The translations under genes were made by a program, and so were the position numbers. This document shows, piece by piece, positions 24,770-38,812 of a DNA stretch of 64,000 nucleotides. The stretch covers positions 27,280,001-27,344,000 of the forward strand of contig NC_043012.1 of assembly GCF_006345805.1 (NCBI RefSeq), given 5' to 3'. The notes beneath the pieces are model-generated. The model worked only from the letters and a program-made list of their open reading frames with translations, had not been told where the DNA came from and ran no database searches. The stretch's first letter is position 1; the number at the start of each line of letters is the position of its first letter. This stretch comes from Octopus sinensis. Lineage: Eukaryota.

Positions 24770-25131
24770 CTTTTACTCTTTTATTTGTTTCTGTCATTTG
24801 ACTGCAGCCTGGTGTTGAACAAATTGACCCCAGGACTCATTCTTTGTAAGCCTGGTACTTATTCTATTGATCTCTTTTGCTGAACCGCTAAGTTATGGGG
24901 ACATAAACACACCAGCATCGGTAGTCAAGCGATGGTGGGGGGACAAACACAGACAGACACACACACACATATATATGATGGGCTTCTTTCAGTTTCTGCC
25001 AACCAAAGCCACTCACAAGGCTTTGGTTGGCCAAGGCTATAGTAGAAGACACTTGCCCAAGGTGCCACGCAGTGGCGCTGAACCCAGAACCATGTGGATG
25101 GTAAGCAAGCTTCTTACCACACAGCCGCAGT
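24770..25131 (-). mobile_element. tRNA-derived SINE (major family)
   Basis: GGCTGTGTGGTAAGAAGCTTGCTTACC head. AATAGAATAAGTACCAGG core. Confidence 0.85.
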
Positions 25132-25369
25132 CTAATGATACTGATTGGTGAACCAGTTTTGGAGGTTATATTACCTGAAGAAATGAATCTATGAAGATGA
25201 TCTACCCAAATGCCCATGGATACTACAGACTACACTATGATAGACTCAGGTATACAGACAGTGATTTTAAGAGACATGCGATTTGTGGAAATGTGCATAA
25301 CAGTGCATTAAATGTTTATAAATTCCATCCAAGAATTATTGTTATTATTACTATATATATATATATATA

Positions 25370-25403
<34 letters not shown>

Positions 25404-25976
25404 GATAGACATAAACAAATGGATGAATGTGTGTAAATATACTAAATGGCATGAATGTGTATAAATGAGATTAAATGTGCAGGTGTACATGTATGTGTGT
25501 ATATATGCCTAAGTGTTAATCAGTGTACATTAGGTTACATAGCAACCAAATTCTTAACCATGTTGCCATGAATGACATGTATGACCAACCATCAAAGCAC
25601 AACCTTTAGAGTGCTTTTCATTCAAAATCCATTCTGACCTTCCCATTCATTCTTTGCATTGGATTTTTGTATTCTTTAACCAACCACTCCTTGAACATAC
25701 CCTAGTCATCCTGCCTCATTAATGTATTTGTGAACTACTACAAACACACATATGCTACTGACATCATCCTGTCACACATCTTATAACACCGAAGCCTCTT
25801 ATGTAACCTAACAAGGTTTCTTCTGTCTTGTGGGCTGCATTTGATTCCATCATATTGTTCCCCATCCACTTGGGAGCAGTGCAGAAGTAAGCCAAAATGA
25901 TTGCCATGTTTAATAAAGCTTCTAGTACACCTTGTCTTCAGTATTAATTATTTAAATATATATATATACATATATA

Positions 25977-26144
25977 CTAGCAGAGGCACCCAGTGTTGCC
26001 TGGGAATAAAATTTTTCCTTATATATTGGAAGAAAAAAATACAAAATATGTTGTATAGAAATTTGTTATTCTAAATTCAATTTATTCTTCATTAGGGATA
26101 CAATTTATTCTTTAATTGGGAAATCAATTCTGAATTTGTAATGC

Positions 26145-26201
<57 letters not shown>

Positions 26202-27350
26202 CGCAAATACAAAATTTACCACTTTTATGAAAGGAGATAATAAATTCTACAACATATGTTGAAGGAAATTACGTAAGAGCTTCTGGCTAAACAGCATTCT
26301 TTGTTTTGTAGTTTGGAGCATAGACAAACAAGTCTTGCTAAGTACCTACCCTGGAGCAACCAACATAAAGTTGACCATGAGAAAAGCAAGCCAGTAGATT
26401 TCACTGACCTTGAGCTTTATTAATAGACATTGCAAAGAAAAGTCACATTGGGAATTGTGTTTGTTTGAACTCTGTCTGTTGGTTTGATTGGAATTCTTGG
26501 AATGAAAACCTCTTCCCCAGAGGCACATCCAGTGATGATGGTAGCTTCTGTCACATTAGGTGATAATGTCTTCACAATCAACCTTGTCCAATTGCATAAT
26601 TTAGGAGGATCTAAATTTCTTAGCAGCATTATTGGGACGCCTACCTTCAGAAAAAGTTTATGAGGAGGAATTCCAGGGGGCTCAAGAGAATTAAGGAACT
26701 TAAGTCTGGCAATACCCTGTTCTTCAATTCAGCTAGGGAATTCACCATGATAGCAATATGAACCAAACTGATATCACCATTCCCACCAAATGGTACTTTC
26801 CCATTTCCTGATTGGAGGAGCCAGGTTGAAAACTGTATTGCACATTGGACCCCCTGTAATGAAGCTGGCACGTTAGTATTGAAGGAGAATTTCAGTACTT
26901 TATTCTGTAGGTGCAAAGACTTAATGCATGCTTTTATTTCATCAGATCTTGTTCATCTCAGAACGACTGGTAATGTCTACCTGAAGTCTCCTGATAAAAG
27001 TAATGTAACCCCTCCCACAAATTTATTGTTGCCTTTGATGTCCTGTATGGTGTAATCAAGAGCTTCCATTGCACCTCTATGTGACATGGTGCATTCATCC
27101 CAAATGATAAGGTGGCATTGGCACAACTCTTCTGCTGAACCTGAATCTTTGCTTATGTTACAAACTGGACTGTCACTTGTGACCAGGTTTAGTGGTAATT
27201 TCATCCTCCTGGGAAAATGGTGGAAGCAAAGCCAGAAAATGGTAGAGCAACTGCAATTCTTTTTTGTTATCTTACCTTGGAGAGGTAAGGTAACACCGGA
27301 GCATCAAGACAGAAAATTCCTCTGCTTTTTCCTGGCAATTGTGGAATGCC
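25977..27350 (-). mobile_element. Helitron 3' part with PIF1-like helicase fragments
   Basis: LIIWDECTMSHRGAMEALD..GGVTLLLSGDFR; [24 protein letters not shown]. 3' hairpin CCCAGGCAACACTGGG plus CTAG at 25977-25980. (TAA)n at ~26145-26199. Confidence 0.9.
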
Positions 27351-27577
27351 AAACTCACACACATGCATGCACACACACATACAGATACATATATATACAG
27401 TATCAAACATCAGATGAAATGGATGCGTGAGTGCATGTGTGTGTGTGAGAGAGAAAGAGAAAGCGAGTGAAGAGATGTGCTGTCATGTATACGTACATGC
27501 ATAAATAGGCATACACCTTTTTTGTATGTATGTGTGTGTGTGAGAGAAAGAGTGCTACTTAGATATCACACTCTCTT

Positions 27578-27620
<43 letters not shown>

Positions 27621-27814
27621 AAAAAAAGATGTATGCATATGTATTTATGTATGTACGTAAATGTATACAAACATACATACAAAAACACACATGTGCATGT
27701 ATAATTGACTACAAATACATGCAAAAAAGAAAACATTTTTCGGAAATTAATGAAGTGTGCAAGTTCAAAACAAAATTAAACCTGGAGTGTGTGTTTGTGT
27801 GTGTGTGTGACAGA

Positions 27815-27816
<2 letters not shown>

Positions 27817-27887
<71 letters not shown>
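27817..27887. repeat. (GA)n microsatellite
   Basis: Perfect GA run. Confidence 0.9.
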
Positions 27888-27891
<4 letters not shown>

Positions 27892-28429
27892 GCAAACAAT
27901 GAATAAGATAAACATAGAATGAAAAATTGTGTAAATAAAAGCACATTAAAAGCTATCTTGCACCTAGAAACATCAAAAACTATCTTTGTGAATTTAATAA
28001 ATATTTCTTTCAGTAAGTTATTGTAGTTGTTTACAAAGAGCAAACATTAAAATACTGAGTGAGAGACTTCACCATTTTTACGTTCATACCGGAAGCTGAC
28101 ATTGAGAAACCCTTTTAAAGAAGTGAAGCATAAATATAAAGCAATATTTTTTTTATTTTTAATAAAATCAAATCAAATGAAGAGCCTAACATGTGCACAA
28201 GGTAAAATTATTCATGCATCATAAGTACGGAAGTAACTGGTGAAGTCATTTTCACATGAAAAGTGAATATACACACACCTCTATTGACCTCGTGTGTACT
28301 GTTGGCGATTTTTTTCCTGTCTTCCCTTCTCTGGATCTTTCCTTCTCCTATGTTTCTGACAAAATATGTACATGTTTATATATTCTTTTGTTTTTCATTC
28401 ATTAATTTTTTCCATATACACATCAGCAC

Positions 28430-29590
28430 TATGAGGGGGTACCCAAAAGAAACCAGAATTTTGAAATATTAGTTTATTCACTTAGTTTTACATGTTTACA
28501 CGTTTATCGCCTTCAAAGTATTCTCCATTTGAAGCAATGCATCAGTCCAGATACATTTTCCGCTGTTCAAAGCAGTCCTGGAACTCTTATGAAGTGATGC
28601 CTTTTAATGCCTCTGTCATTTTTTCTTCACTTCTTCCACATTTGCAAAACGTTTTCCTTTAAGGACATTTTTCATTCAGGGTAACAAAAACAGTCGCAGG
28701 AAGCAAGATAAGGTGAATAGGGAGAGTAGTTAAGCAGGATCATGCCATTTTTGGTCAAAAACTGTCTCACAGTCAAGGCAGTGTGCACAAGCGCATTGCC
28801 ATGATGAAACTACCACTCTCCACTTTGCCACAGGTTGGGGCGTTTTCATCTCAATGTGTCTCACAAATGCTTCAGAACTGTCAAGTAAAATGTCTGATTA
28901 ACAGTTTGATCAGGAGGAACAACTATTGTGTGGAGAATTCCCTTCGCATCAATGAAACAAATCAGCACTGTCTGGACATTTGCCCTCACTTGACATGTTT
29001 TTTGGGAGTGTGATGACATTGAATGCTTCCACTGACTTGATTGCTGCCTCATTTCTGGGTCATAGCCATAGCACCAGCTTTTGTCACCTGTGATGACTTT
29101 AAAAAAAACAGGTCCAGATCAACTTCCAACTGTTCTTGAACAAGCAAGGCACAAATTTTGCTGCAACTCTATTCATTTGCAATTCCTCACTCAAAATTCA
29201 TTGACAGGAGCTCCCGGATAGACCAGTCATATCAAGTTCATCAACTGTTTGGTGATGGTCTTTTAAGATCAGTTCATGAACTTTTGTGATGTTTTCATTC
29301 ATTCAGAAGGTCGATGGTTACCATGAATGAGGTTGGTCTTCAAGCGACATGTGACCATTCCTAAAGCATGAGAACCACTCATAAACTTGTGTTTTGCTCA
29401 TGGAAATGTCCTTGTAAGCTGTTTGAAGCATGACAACTGTTTCGGCTGCTGTTTTCTGCAGAAAACAGAATTTCACAAAAGCATGCAGCTGCAAACATCT
29501 ATGAACAGAGGAAAAGCACTGCAAAACAAAGATGCACCACGTGGCAGTATAACATCACCTGCCACTGCCAGATGGCAGACAGATGCCTGA
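28430..29590 (-). mobile_element. mariner transposon, decayed and deleted
   Basis: KTQVYEWFSCFRNGHMSLEDQP; LICFIDAKGILH..VPPDQTVNQTFY. TIR-like end at ~28430. Confidence 0.85.
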
Positions 29591-30819
29591 GAGTCACATC
29601 AAGTGGCTTCTAGTGTCAGAAACCTGAGCTACAATGGGCTTGTCCCACAGAGAATGTTTTTGGTTACTTTTGGGTACCTCAACAGATATACATGTTAGTA
29701 ATCATGGCCTTTGTAAGTTTGACTTCATAAGCCCCTTTATCATGCTTAATCACATATTCTTTCTTTTATTCTTATCTCTACTATTGCTGTCCTGGCATCA
29801 GAATTCCAAATTTATTGCCTTGTATTGATGGCTTTCATCTCCTTTATTCTCTCAACTGCTCTGCACCCCACCAATGCCTATACTTTTCCTTTTTAAATAA
29901 ACTGACCACCTTAAAACACACACTTTTCTCTCTAATACAGCTTATTTGTTGATAATGAATTTCATTGGTCACTTAATTTAGCTTTGTTTTCACCCACCAT
30001 TCTATTGTGGCCAAAGTTGGCAAATTCTTCACTTTTTTCATTTCGACAATAACTTGTAACTCACAGGTAAGCTAAATATGTTACAGTTTTAAGTTTTATA
30101 ACACATGTTCAGATTGGCTTCGAAACATGTACAGATTCACATTCTCCATTCTCTACACCAATCAATTTATAATTGCATAACTAGCAATCTTCATTGCTAA
30201 GCTGTGAGATGTATAATTGCAGTCATCACATTAAAATCTATCAAATTCAATATGGGCTGAAGTGAGTAATATACATTGATTAATAAACTTTGTTGCTTGA
30301 GTATTATCTACTTTGTGTCATGTATACAAACTGTGTAGACGCTTGATTCCAACTCAACTGTAACTAAAGATATTCACTCAACCATGTCAGCTTTCATTTT
30401 AGGCACAAAATATACTTCCACATGACACTAATATATGGATGTAGCCAGAAACATACAGAAGGTTCTAAGTTTAATCACATGTTCATTCTCTACAAACACT
30501 TGACAGAAAACATTCAGAGCAATGATTGTTTAGTACTACCATTAGACTTGTTCAGTCAACTGTGTCAGGCTAAACATTGTCACTTGATACTAACACATGG
30601 ATGTAGCAAGGAACCTGCAAAAATTTCTAAGACCAGTCATGTGACTATCCTCTACCGATCAAATTCAAAACATACACTAATTTGAGCCATGAATTCCATA
30701 TAAAAATAGGGCAAGCTTCAAACACTAGTCAGAAGCAAGATAGCAAAATATAATAATAAAAAATAATCCAACTTTTCTCAGTGCATTTTCAACTTCTATT
30801 TTTCCTATATTTCTACCTG

Positions 30820-31350
30820 TGTGACGGTGTGGTTACTAGCTTGCTCACAAACCACATGCTTTCGGGTTCAGTCCCACTGTGTGGCTCCTTGGGCAAGTGT
30901 CTTCTACTATAGCCTTGAGCCAAGCAAAGTCTTGTGAGTGGATTTGGTAGATGGAAACTGAAAGAAGTCCTTCACATATATGTGTGTGTGTGTGTGCGCA
31001 TATGCTTGTGTGCCTATGTTTGTCGCCCCAACATCGCTTGGCAACTGATGCTGATGTGTTTACATCCCCATAACTTAGTGGTTCGAGATAGAATAAGTAC
31101 TAGGCTTACAAAGAATAAGTCCTGGGGTTGATTTGCTTGACTAAAGGTAGTGCTCCAGCATGACCGCAGTCAAAGGGCTGAAACAAGTAAAAGCAAAAAA
31201 TAATGTGGTAAGTAGCTTGCTTACCAACCACATGGTTCTGGGTTGTGTCCCACTGCGTGGTACCTTGGGCAAGTGTCTTCTACTATAGCTTCAGGCCAAC
31301 CAAGGCCTTATGAGTGGATTTGGTAGACAGAAACTGAAAGAAGCTCATTA
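30820..31350 (+). mobile_element. Two tandem tRNA-derived SINEs (one near complete, one partial)
   Basis: Heads at ~30825 and ~31205 with GGGTTCAGTCCCACTG / GGGCAAGTGTCTTC. Confidence 0.8.
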
Positions 31351-31371
31351 TATATATATATGTGTGTGTGT

Positions 31372-31411
<40 letters not shown>

Positions 31412-31419
31412 ATAAATGG

Positions 31420-32175
31420 TGTTAAACGCAGGTGTTATTCAAACAAGGTGTGTTTACGTAACAAGGGAAAAATACACACTGAGACCTCTGGAGATATGCT
31501 GTGATTGCGAAGATCCAACAAATGAAGTGAGTTTATGGCTTGCAGGACGGCCTGCTGTGCTTGAGGAGACCTACTGAGTCAAGTACATCATCAAAATAAA
31601 AATTAAATAGATATTGTAGTTGTGATACCCATGCCAGTGGCACGTTGGGCCTCACAGAGGCAATGACGAAAGACCGAGACCTCTGAAATATGCTGTGACT
31701 GTGAAGACTCAACAAATGAAGTGAGTTCATGGCTCGCAGGATGGCCTGCTGTGCTAACCTTGGATTGTAGGGTGACCCACAGTGCTTGAGGAGACCTATT
31801 GAGTCAAGTACATCAACATGAAAATCAAAATCAAATGGAAATTGTAGTTGTGATACCTATGCTGGTGGCATGTAAGAAACACCATCTGAACGTGGCCGAT
31901 GCCAGCGCTGCCTGACTGGCATCCGTGTTGGTGACACGTAAAAGGCACCAACAAATTGTGGCCGTTTGCCAGCCTCCTCTGGCCCCTGTGCTGATGGCAC
32001 ATAAAAAGCACCCACTACACTCACGGAGTGGTTGGTGTTAGGCAAGGCATTCAGCTGTAGAAACACTGCCAGATCAGGCAGGAGCCTGGTGCAGCCATCT
32101 GGTTGCCAACCCTCAGTCAAAACTGTCCAACCCATGCTAGCACGGAAAACGGACGTTAAATGGTGATGATGATAT
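31420..32175 (+). mobile_element. RTE LINE 3' end with internal duplications
   Basis: Duplicated GAGACCTCTG..GAAGTGAGTT block. CCCATGCTAGC..ATGATGAT tail. Confidence 0.75.
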
Positions 32176-32199
32176 AACTATATTTAAAAGAGAAAAAAA

Positions 32200-33210
32200 C
32201 CTCTCTCTTTGCATCCTCATTTAGCCCAAGTGAACCATCATCCATGCAAACACATTTCTCTCCTACCACATCACGATTCTCTCTCACACACTGTCTTGCA
32301 ACATGAAATACCTCAAGTCTTTGGTCCTCACGGCACAGAACATTTTTTCTTATCTGCTTCCCCTCTGGCTAAATACACCTGCCTCCTAGCTTCCCTTCTG
32401 GCAGTCTGATACACTTCCCTACTACCACTGTTCTTCCAGTCCTTCCAAGCCTGTTTCTTTTGTCTAATAGCCCTGTCAACAATATTGTTCCACCACCACG
32501 TTATTTTGGGTCTTGAGGAAACTTTGCACCAACCACAGATCTGGTCAATGGCTCTCAGCAGGTTGTCCCTAAGAAACCTCCAGTTGTCTTCTACCCCATG
32601 TGAAGCTATATCCCCTTCTATTTCGTCAAAGGCTTCAAGTAATATGTCTCTAAATCTCTGTCCATTCGCAGGATTTTTAAGCTTTCAGACCCTTCTTCTC
32701 CATGTTGGTAGTCTTCTGGTCGTCCTCTTAGTCCTGATCCTAAAGTCACTAATTACCAGTCTATGTTGTGGGGTACATTCTTTGCCCGGGAAGATTTTGG
32801 CATTTATAAGCAACCATCTTTCCTTTTTCTGGCAAGGATGTAGTCAATTTGGCTAGTATGTCGGCCCGATCGGTAGGTGACTAGGTGGCTGGTAGGTTTC
32901 CTGAAGTTAGTGCTGCAAACCATAAGATCATTGGCATCGCAGAACTCCAGCAGCCTGGTTCCCTCCTCGTTGCGGGAATCATAACCGTAGCCTCCATGGA
33001 AGCACCCAGCATGTTATCCAACATGCCCATTGAAGTCACCAGCCACAAAGAGAAGCCCAGAAAATCTTGTACCTGTGTTCTTTGCCTGTGAGGAACCTAG
33101 CAGAACCTCCTCTCCACCTCACTTCTTGGATGCAACACATATCAACACATCTCCGTTCAAGCAACTCAACAATCTCGCCAGACCTACCTTTCAGTGTGTT
33201 ATATAGATGT
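32200..33210 (-). mobile_element. RTE LINE APE-region fragment
   Basis: Homologous to 22900-24190 (e.g. GTTCTGCGATGCCAATGATCTTATGG, AAGAATGTACCCC). Confidence 0.75.
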
Positions 33211-33224
33211 TATTTTTTCTTTTT

Positions 33225-33520
33225 TTCCCTCTTTTTACTGGTTTCAGTCATTTGACTGCAGCCATGTTGGAGCACCACCTTTAGTTGAATAAATCAAACC
33301 CTGAACTTGTTCTTTGTAAGCCTAGTACTTATTCTATTGGTTGCTTTTGCCAAACCACTAAATTATGGGGACGTAAACACACCAACATCAGTTGTCAAGT
33401 GATGGTGGGGTATAAACACACACACATACAAATATTTATATATATATGTATATATGACAGGCTTCTTTCAGTTTCCATCTACTAAATCCACTCACAAGGC
33501 TTTAATCAGCCCAAGGCTGC
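33225..33520 (-). mobile_element. tRNA-derived SINE (5'-truncated)
   Basis: Core and tail match 24770-25131. Confidence 0.8.
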
Positions 33521-34509
33521 ACAAATAAATAAATAGAATTTTAACAAGTAGGATACATTCAGATAATTTTTCTCAAATATTTTAACAGAGCATGAAGATG
33601 GAAGGAATTCATGTTGTCGCTATTGTGGCTAAGAATAGACTACACTTCCAAGAATCACATGAAGCCTAGTGGGGTCATAGTGTTGTAAGGGATTGTAATT
33701 CATTTATCTCTTTATCAACTACTAAATCTAAGACTAGAAGAACATGTCTATTTTGATTAAAGGACAAGAGTGAGTTGGCAGCTCATGGCTAGGTATAGTC
33801 ATAAATATTATCATATATATCCATTTTCCTCAAGGAGGAAATAAGACATTAGGAATAGCCAGTTGGATATAAGTAACTGTCTACAAAAAGAGGCTGGGAA
33901 GGGGAAGACTTTAAATTAAGATGTTAATTACCAGTCAAAGGGGCAAGACCCCAGATGTTAATACAGAGGAAATTTTATTTTGGGGCCCTATTGGTGATTG
34001 TTTATAAACAATATTGTTATCTTGTATAAAAATAAATTTAAGAATTTCAAAAATGATATAACCAAAAAAGGTAAAAGGTGTGTATATATCAATTATAAAC
34101 ATTAAAAAGGAAAGATTACATAGAATCAGTTTAATATTCATTCATGTACTTAATTACTTATTAGGTGGTTTCTATAAAAACTGCTCAGTGCATTTACTTA
34201 TGGAATACTGGAAAAATATACATGCTATCTATTAATTCTAAGCCATGAATCAGAAAAAAGTAAAGATTCATACAGATACACACACATTTATATATGTGCA
34301 TATATGCATATATACACATACACAAATATTTATAACCATCTTGCATAGACTTAAGTAACTGAAAAATATCTATTTAAGAACAAGAAAAATAACAATTTAT
34401 AAGGGATAAGAGGTTGATAAGTAAGGATATCGAAATAAGAAAAGAAAATAATAAGAATTTATAGAAAATAATAAGAAATACATATAATCTACATATAAAG
34501 GAGAGAGGT

Positions 34510-34830
34510 TCACAATTAAAATCAAATTCACTTGTGCCTCTGAGAATCAAATTTAAGTTATAAATTGTTCAGGTTGTGAACATAATCATATAGGAGAAAC
34601 AAGTATGGCACTTAGACGGAGAACCACACTACCTAAGGAACAGATCCGTTTAACACAGTAGACAGATTCCTTTGAGTGAACACATAGAGAGATGTGCAGG
34701 TAGTATCCAACCAAACTTCAGTTTTCCCCATCTATCAGCGCAAAAAAACAATTTCTGTACAAGAACATTTAAATAAAGAAAATTTATTTATCGAAAAATA
34801 CAGAACACGCCTAAATATGAATGCATAACC
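34510..34830 (+). mobile_element. Penelope-like GIY-YIG fragment
   Basis: KFTCASENQI*VINCSGCEHNHIGETSMALRRR..EQIR..PLSEHIERC. Confidence 0.8.
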
Positions 34831-34842
34831 AACTTTTATCTC

Positions 34843-35030
34843 AGTCATCATCATCGTTTAATATTCAATTTCCATGCCAGTATGGGTTGGATGGTTTGAT
34901 TGAGGACTGGCAAGCCAGGAGGCAGGACCAGGCTCCTAACTGATCTGGCAAAGTTTCTACAGCTGAATGCCCTTCCTAACACCAACCACTCTGAGAGTAT
35001 AGTGGATGCTTTTTACATACCACTGGCAGT
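34843..35030 (-). mobile_element. RTE 3' tail
   Basis: TCATCATCATCGTTTAA..GGGTTGGA..ATGCCCTTCCTAAC. Confidence 0.75.
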
Positions 35031-35465
35031 TAGGGAACAGGATAAATGACCTGTATCAACTTGCTATGAATGCAAGTAGTAAGTTTACCTTTTACTTATT
35101 GTTAGTGCAAGTTTCGAAGAGTGCAGTTCAGCTTTGACAATTAACAGTTATTTTGTCAAAGCTATAATGGAAGTGACAAAGGTGCATATTTAGCATATTT
35201 TTATGAGTTCGATAAAAGTAACAAAGCAATGGAAAGTACAAGGAATATTAATGCAGTATATGGGGATCGGACAATAAGCAAAAGCCAGTGTGAACAGTGG
35301 TTCCAGAAATTCCAAGCCAGAAACTACAGCCTAGAAGATGAGCCTCATCCTGGAAGAACTGTAGAGCTTGATGAGGATGTCCTGCATATCTTGGTGGAAC
35401 AAAATTCCATCGTAACTGTTGAGGAACTAGCAGAGAAGCTTGGATTTGATCATTCAACCATTCAT
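35030..35465 (+). mobile_element. mariner 5' fragment (HTH domains)
   Basis: NINAVYGDRTISKSQCEQWFQKF..LEDEPHPGR..TVEELAEKLG. Confidence 0.85.
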
Positions 35466-35789
35466 CAACCAAGAGTCCATATTGCAAAGACATTATGCAT
35501 TGATAGACATAGTTTTGTTTTATTTTCTTATTGCTGGAAGTGAAAACAAGCTAAGTTTTTAACCTTGGTCTTAGTTTATTTCATGTGATGATGTTTGATG
35601 TTTCTCTCCCACACAGCATCCTTACCAGCCATTTTCTCATAGATATTATGTAGACTAGTTTAGCATGAATTCTTATGTTTTATGTTAGAATAAAACAGTA
35701 TGATTTTTCATATGCTCCTACGTTTATAGCTTGAAACGTTAATCTGTAATATTATGCAGATTAGAGTGTATTGATAATAATACTCATAG

Positions 35790-36625
35790 CAAAAGTCATA
35801 AACAGAGTTCATCTTGCAATTCTAACTGCATCATCTCTTCACTTTTCTTCTTCATAAATTATGATTGTTTTCCAATCCTCTTTCTTGCCCTCACTGCCCT
35901 GCTCACTGTATCACTGCTCCCAACACCCATACCCCTCACCCACACACTATTTGTCTAACCAGGTTCTACACTCATATTGTGAGTATACCCTAGCACTACA
36001 GCATTTATCTTCTGCTCTCTCTTACACTTTTGTTGTTTCCTACTTTCTCTCTTTCCATTTCCCTTTGGTCACTCTCTTGTTCTTTTGTTTTTTCTCTGAC
36101 TAGGTAACCAAGTATCTCCTTTATACCAGAACACTTGTTTCTGGCCTCTTTCTTGTACCTCACTCTCACTCTATCTCTTTGATACTTGATCACCTCTCTA
36201 ATGCCCCCCTCAGTTGTGGCAGGACACCTGTTTCTGTCTCTCTGTCTTTTTGTCACACTCTAATCTTTCATCCTCTGACACAAGTTTTCCTCCTCAAATG
36301 CCCTGCCTTTCTCATAATTCCTGATCTTGTGAGTTACTTGCTTACCCTGCAAGTGCTGGTGCTATGTTAAATGTATCCATTCCACACTGTAATGTGGCCA
36401 GTGTTTGGAAAGGCATCCAGCTGTAAAAATCATGCCAAAACTAACTTCACCTGTGCTAGTGCCATGTAAAAAGCACTGAGTCCACTCTGCAGAGTGGTTG
36501 ATGTTAGGAAGGGCATCCAGCCATAAAATCCCTGCCAAAACTGACATAGTAGCCTAGGGTGGGTTTTCTACCTGGCCAGCTCCTGTCAACCATCCTACCC
36601 ATGCATGTATGGAAGATGAACATTA

Positions 36626-36628
<3 letters not shown>
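35790..36628 (+). mobile_element. RTE 3'UTR (CT-rich family, as at 8230-9303)
   Basis: Shared CT-rich body and GGAAGGGCATCCAG tail. Confidence 0.7.
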
Positions 36629-36688
<60 letters not shown>

Positions 36689-36919
36689 GAGAAAAAACAC
36701 CTTTTATCAATTCAAAATGAACAATTAAATTACACCATCCAGAAAATTACATATAATAGAAATATTAACATTAAAATAACAATAAAATGTCAAAGATTAA
36801 GTAAAATGCAAAAAAAAAAATAATAATTTATATAAATTGTAGAATAATATATTGTGTGGAATTTGATTTAGTACTTCTAAATTGAATTTTTTTTCCTTGT
36901 AAGTTTTGGATTTTATTCC

Positions 36920-36998
<79 letters not shown>

Positions 36999-37000
<2 letters not shown>

Positions 37001-37916
37001 ATATGGGGAGGTCAATTCGGAAACAACTGCTATGACCTACTTTGCTCGTTTGTAGTCTGAAAGTCTGGGATCTAAAGTTATTGTCCTTTGTTCTGCCAGA
37101 TTCACGAAAGAATAATGACTTTCGGAGAGACCTCTGCCCTTTTTCCGGTCAAAGAGGTGTCGAGGAAGCTACCCTATAAAAAGCAGGAGCTGTGAGTCTG
37201 TTGCACAGTCGGTCGGTAGTTCTGGCCAGAGACGGGAGTGATATGGACGGTCAGCCAAGAAGGCAGCTTACATCGTTGAGAAAGACAGACAGACAAAGTG
37301 AGGGATGACAAGCGAGAGAACGACAGTGAAAGGATTACGGCGAGAGGCAACGACAACGTGGAGAAGGACATACACAGAGGATTGAGGAGGTGGGGGAGAT
37401 TACGGCGTGAAGGCACTGGCTATTGTAGTAGCTCGTAACGGTATGTTTATTTATGTTTTGATGTGTTAAAGAAGGAAAAAGAATTGTTGAAATGTAAAAG
37501 ATTGATGTTAAAAAAGGAGGAAGAAGTACTGAATTAAGGAAAAGAGATTGTGAAAAGAACAGTGTTACAGAGTTGCTGAGGGGGGGGGGAGAGAAAGACT
37601 TTAATGTGGACATTATTTGAACTTTGAACTGTATCGTGAACATTAATTGATCTGAACTGATTTGTCTCTGAACTGTTATTGTACCTGCATACTTTGATTT
37701 GTTGTTTCCTTGTTTTCTTACACGTATTTTCTTTGATGTATTTGATGTAATAATTGTTGTAAACTATTGTTGTTAAATGTAAGCCAGCCTTCCGCTGTGT
37801 CTCTCTGTATCTCTGTGTGTGTTCTCTCCGGTCACCGGTTGCCGAGTTCGCTGCCGCCTTCCCCCCACTGAATTCTCTCTCCGAAGAGTTTGAGCGACAG
37901 CAGGTGATTCGTAACA
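36999..37916 (+). mobile_element. Solo LTR (918 bp) inserted in (TA)n
   Basis: TG...CA termini (TGATATG / CGTAACA). TATAAAA at ~37176. CpG-rich relative to the window. (AT)n on both sides. Confidence 0.65.
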
Positions 37917-37991
37917 ATATATATATATATATACATATATGTACACACACACACACACACACACATTTATATATATATGTATATATATATT

Positions 37992-38760
37992 TGGTCATCC
38001 CATAAATAATGTGGTCTTTTAATACTTTTATTTTTCAAAATTAAGATAAACAAAGTTTTTTTTAATCTAAAATATATTCTCCTTCATTTTCTACAATGCT
38101 CTTCCATCTATCTGGTAGACTTGCAAGGCCTTTATTCTGAAATTCACTTATCTGTAATAAAAAATATTCCTCTAGTACTGTCCTGACCTCAGAATTCATA
38201 TTTTTCCATCCAAATGGTTTTGAAGACTGCAGAATAAATGATAATCAGATGGGGTACCATCTAGCAAATATGGTGGGTGGGGCAACGTTTCCCATTTAAA
38301 CTGCTCCAGCCTTTGGAATGTCATCCTCACTTATGTGGTCAAGCATTATCCTGATGGAAGAATATCTTTTGTCTTGAAACCAAAGATGGTTGTTTTTCTT
38401 CTAGCACCGACTTAAGCTGCTCAAGCTGCTCACAGTAAATCTCCTTTGTTATTGTTTGGTTGGTGTTTAGAAGTTCAAGTGGACTAAACCTTTCATATCC
38501 CACCAAACATAATTTTTTATGTGGTTGAAAACCTTCTTTAGCCTGGGTGCCAGTCTTTCTCCTTTCCTTACCCACTATCTTTGGTGCTTGACATTTTTAT
38601 AGAGAACCCATTTCTCATCACCAGTCACTGTTCAGTCCAAAAAGCAAAGAAGAGCAGACATCCACTCACTGTGCACAATCAAGCTTGGAAAGTTTGTGAG
38701 AAACCCATTGACCCAGTTTGCTGACTTTTCCAACGTCTATCAATGCAGAATGTCTTTGCA
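37992..38760 (-). mobile_element. mariner 3' fragment
   Basis: ELLNTNQTITKEIYCEQLEQLKSVL..IFFHQDNA. TIR-like GGTCATCCCATAAATAATG. Confidence 0.8.
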
Positions 38761-38769
38761 ATATGGACG

Positions 38770-38812
<43 letters not shown>

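Noticed and set aside
28300-28370. pLTR-like CT-rich stretch ending in TTTCTGAC
   Set aside because: Truncated before any stem II or GAAA, so it cannot be called a hammerhead.
30105-30140. GAAAC-AT-GTA resembling the 3' half of a hammerhead
   Set aside because: No upstream CUGANGA or matching stem I.
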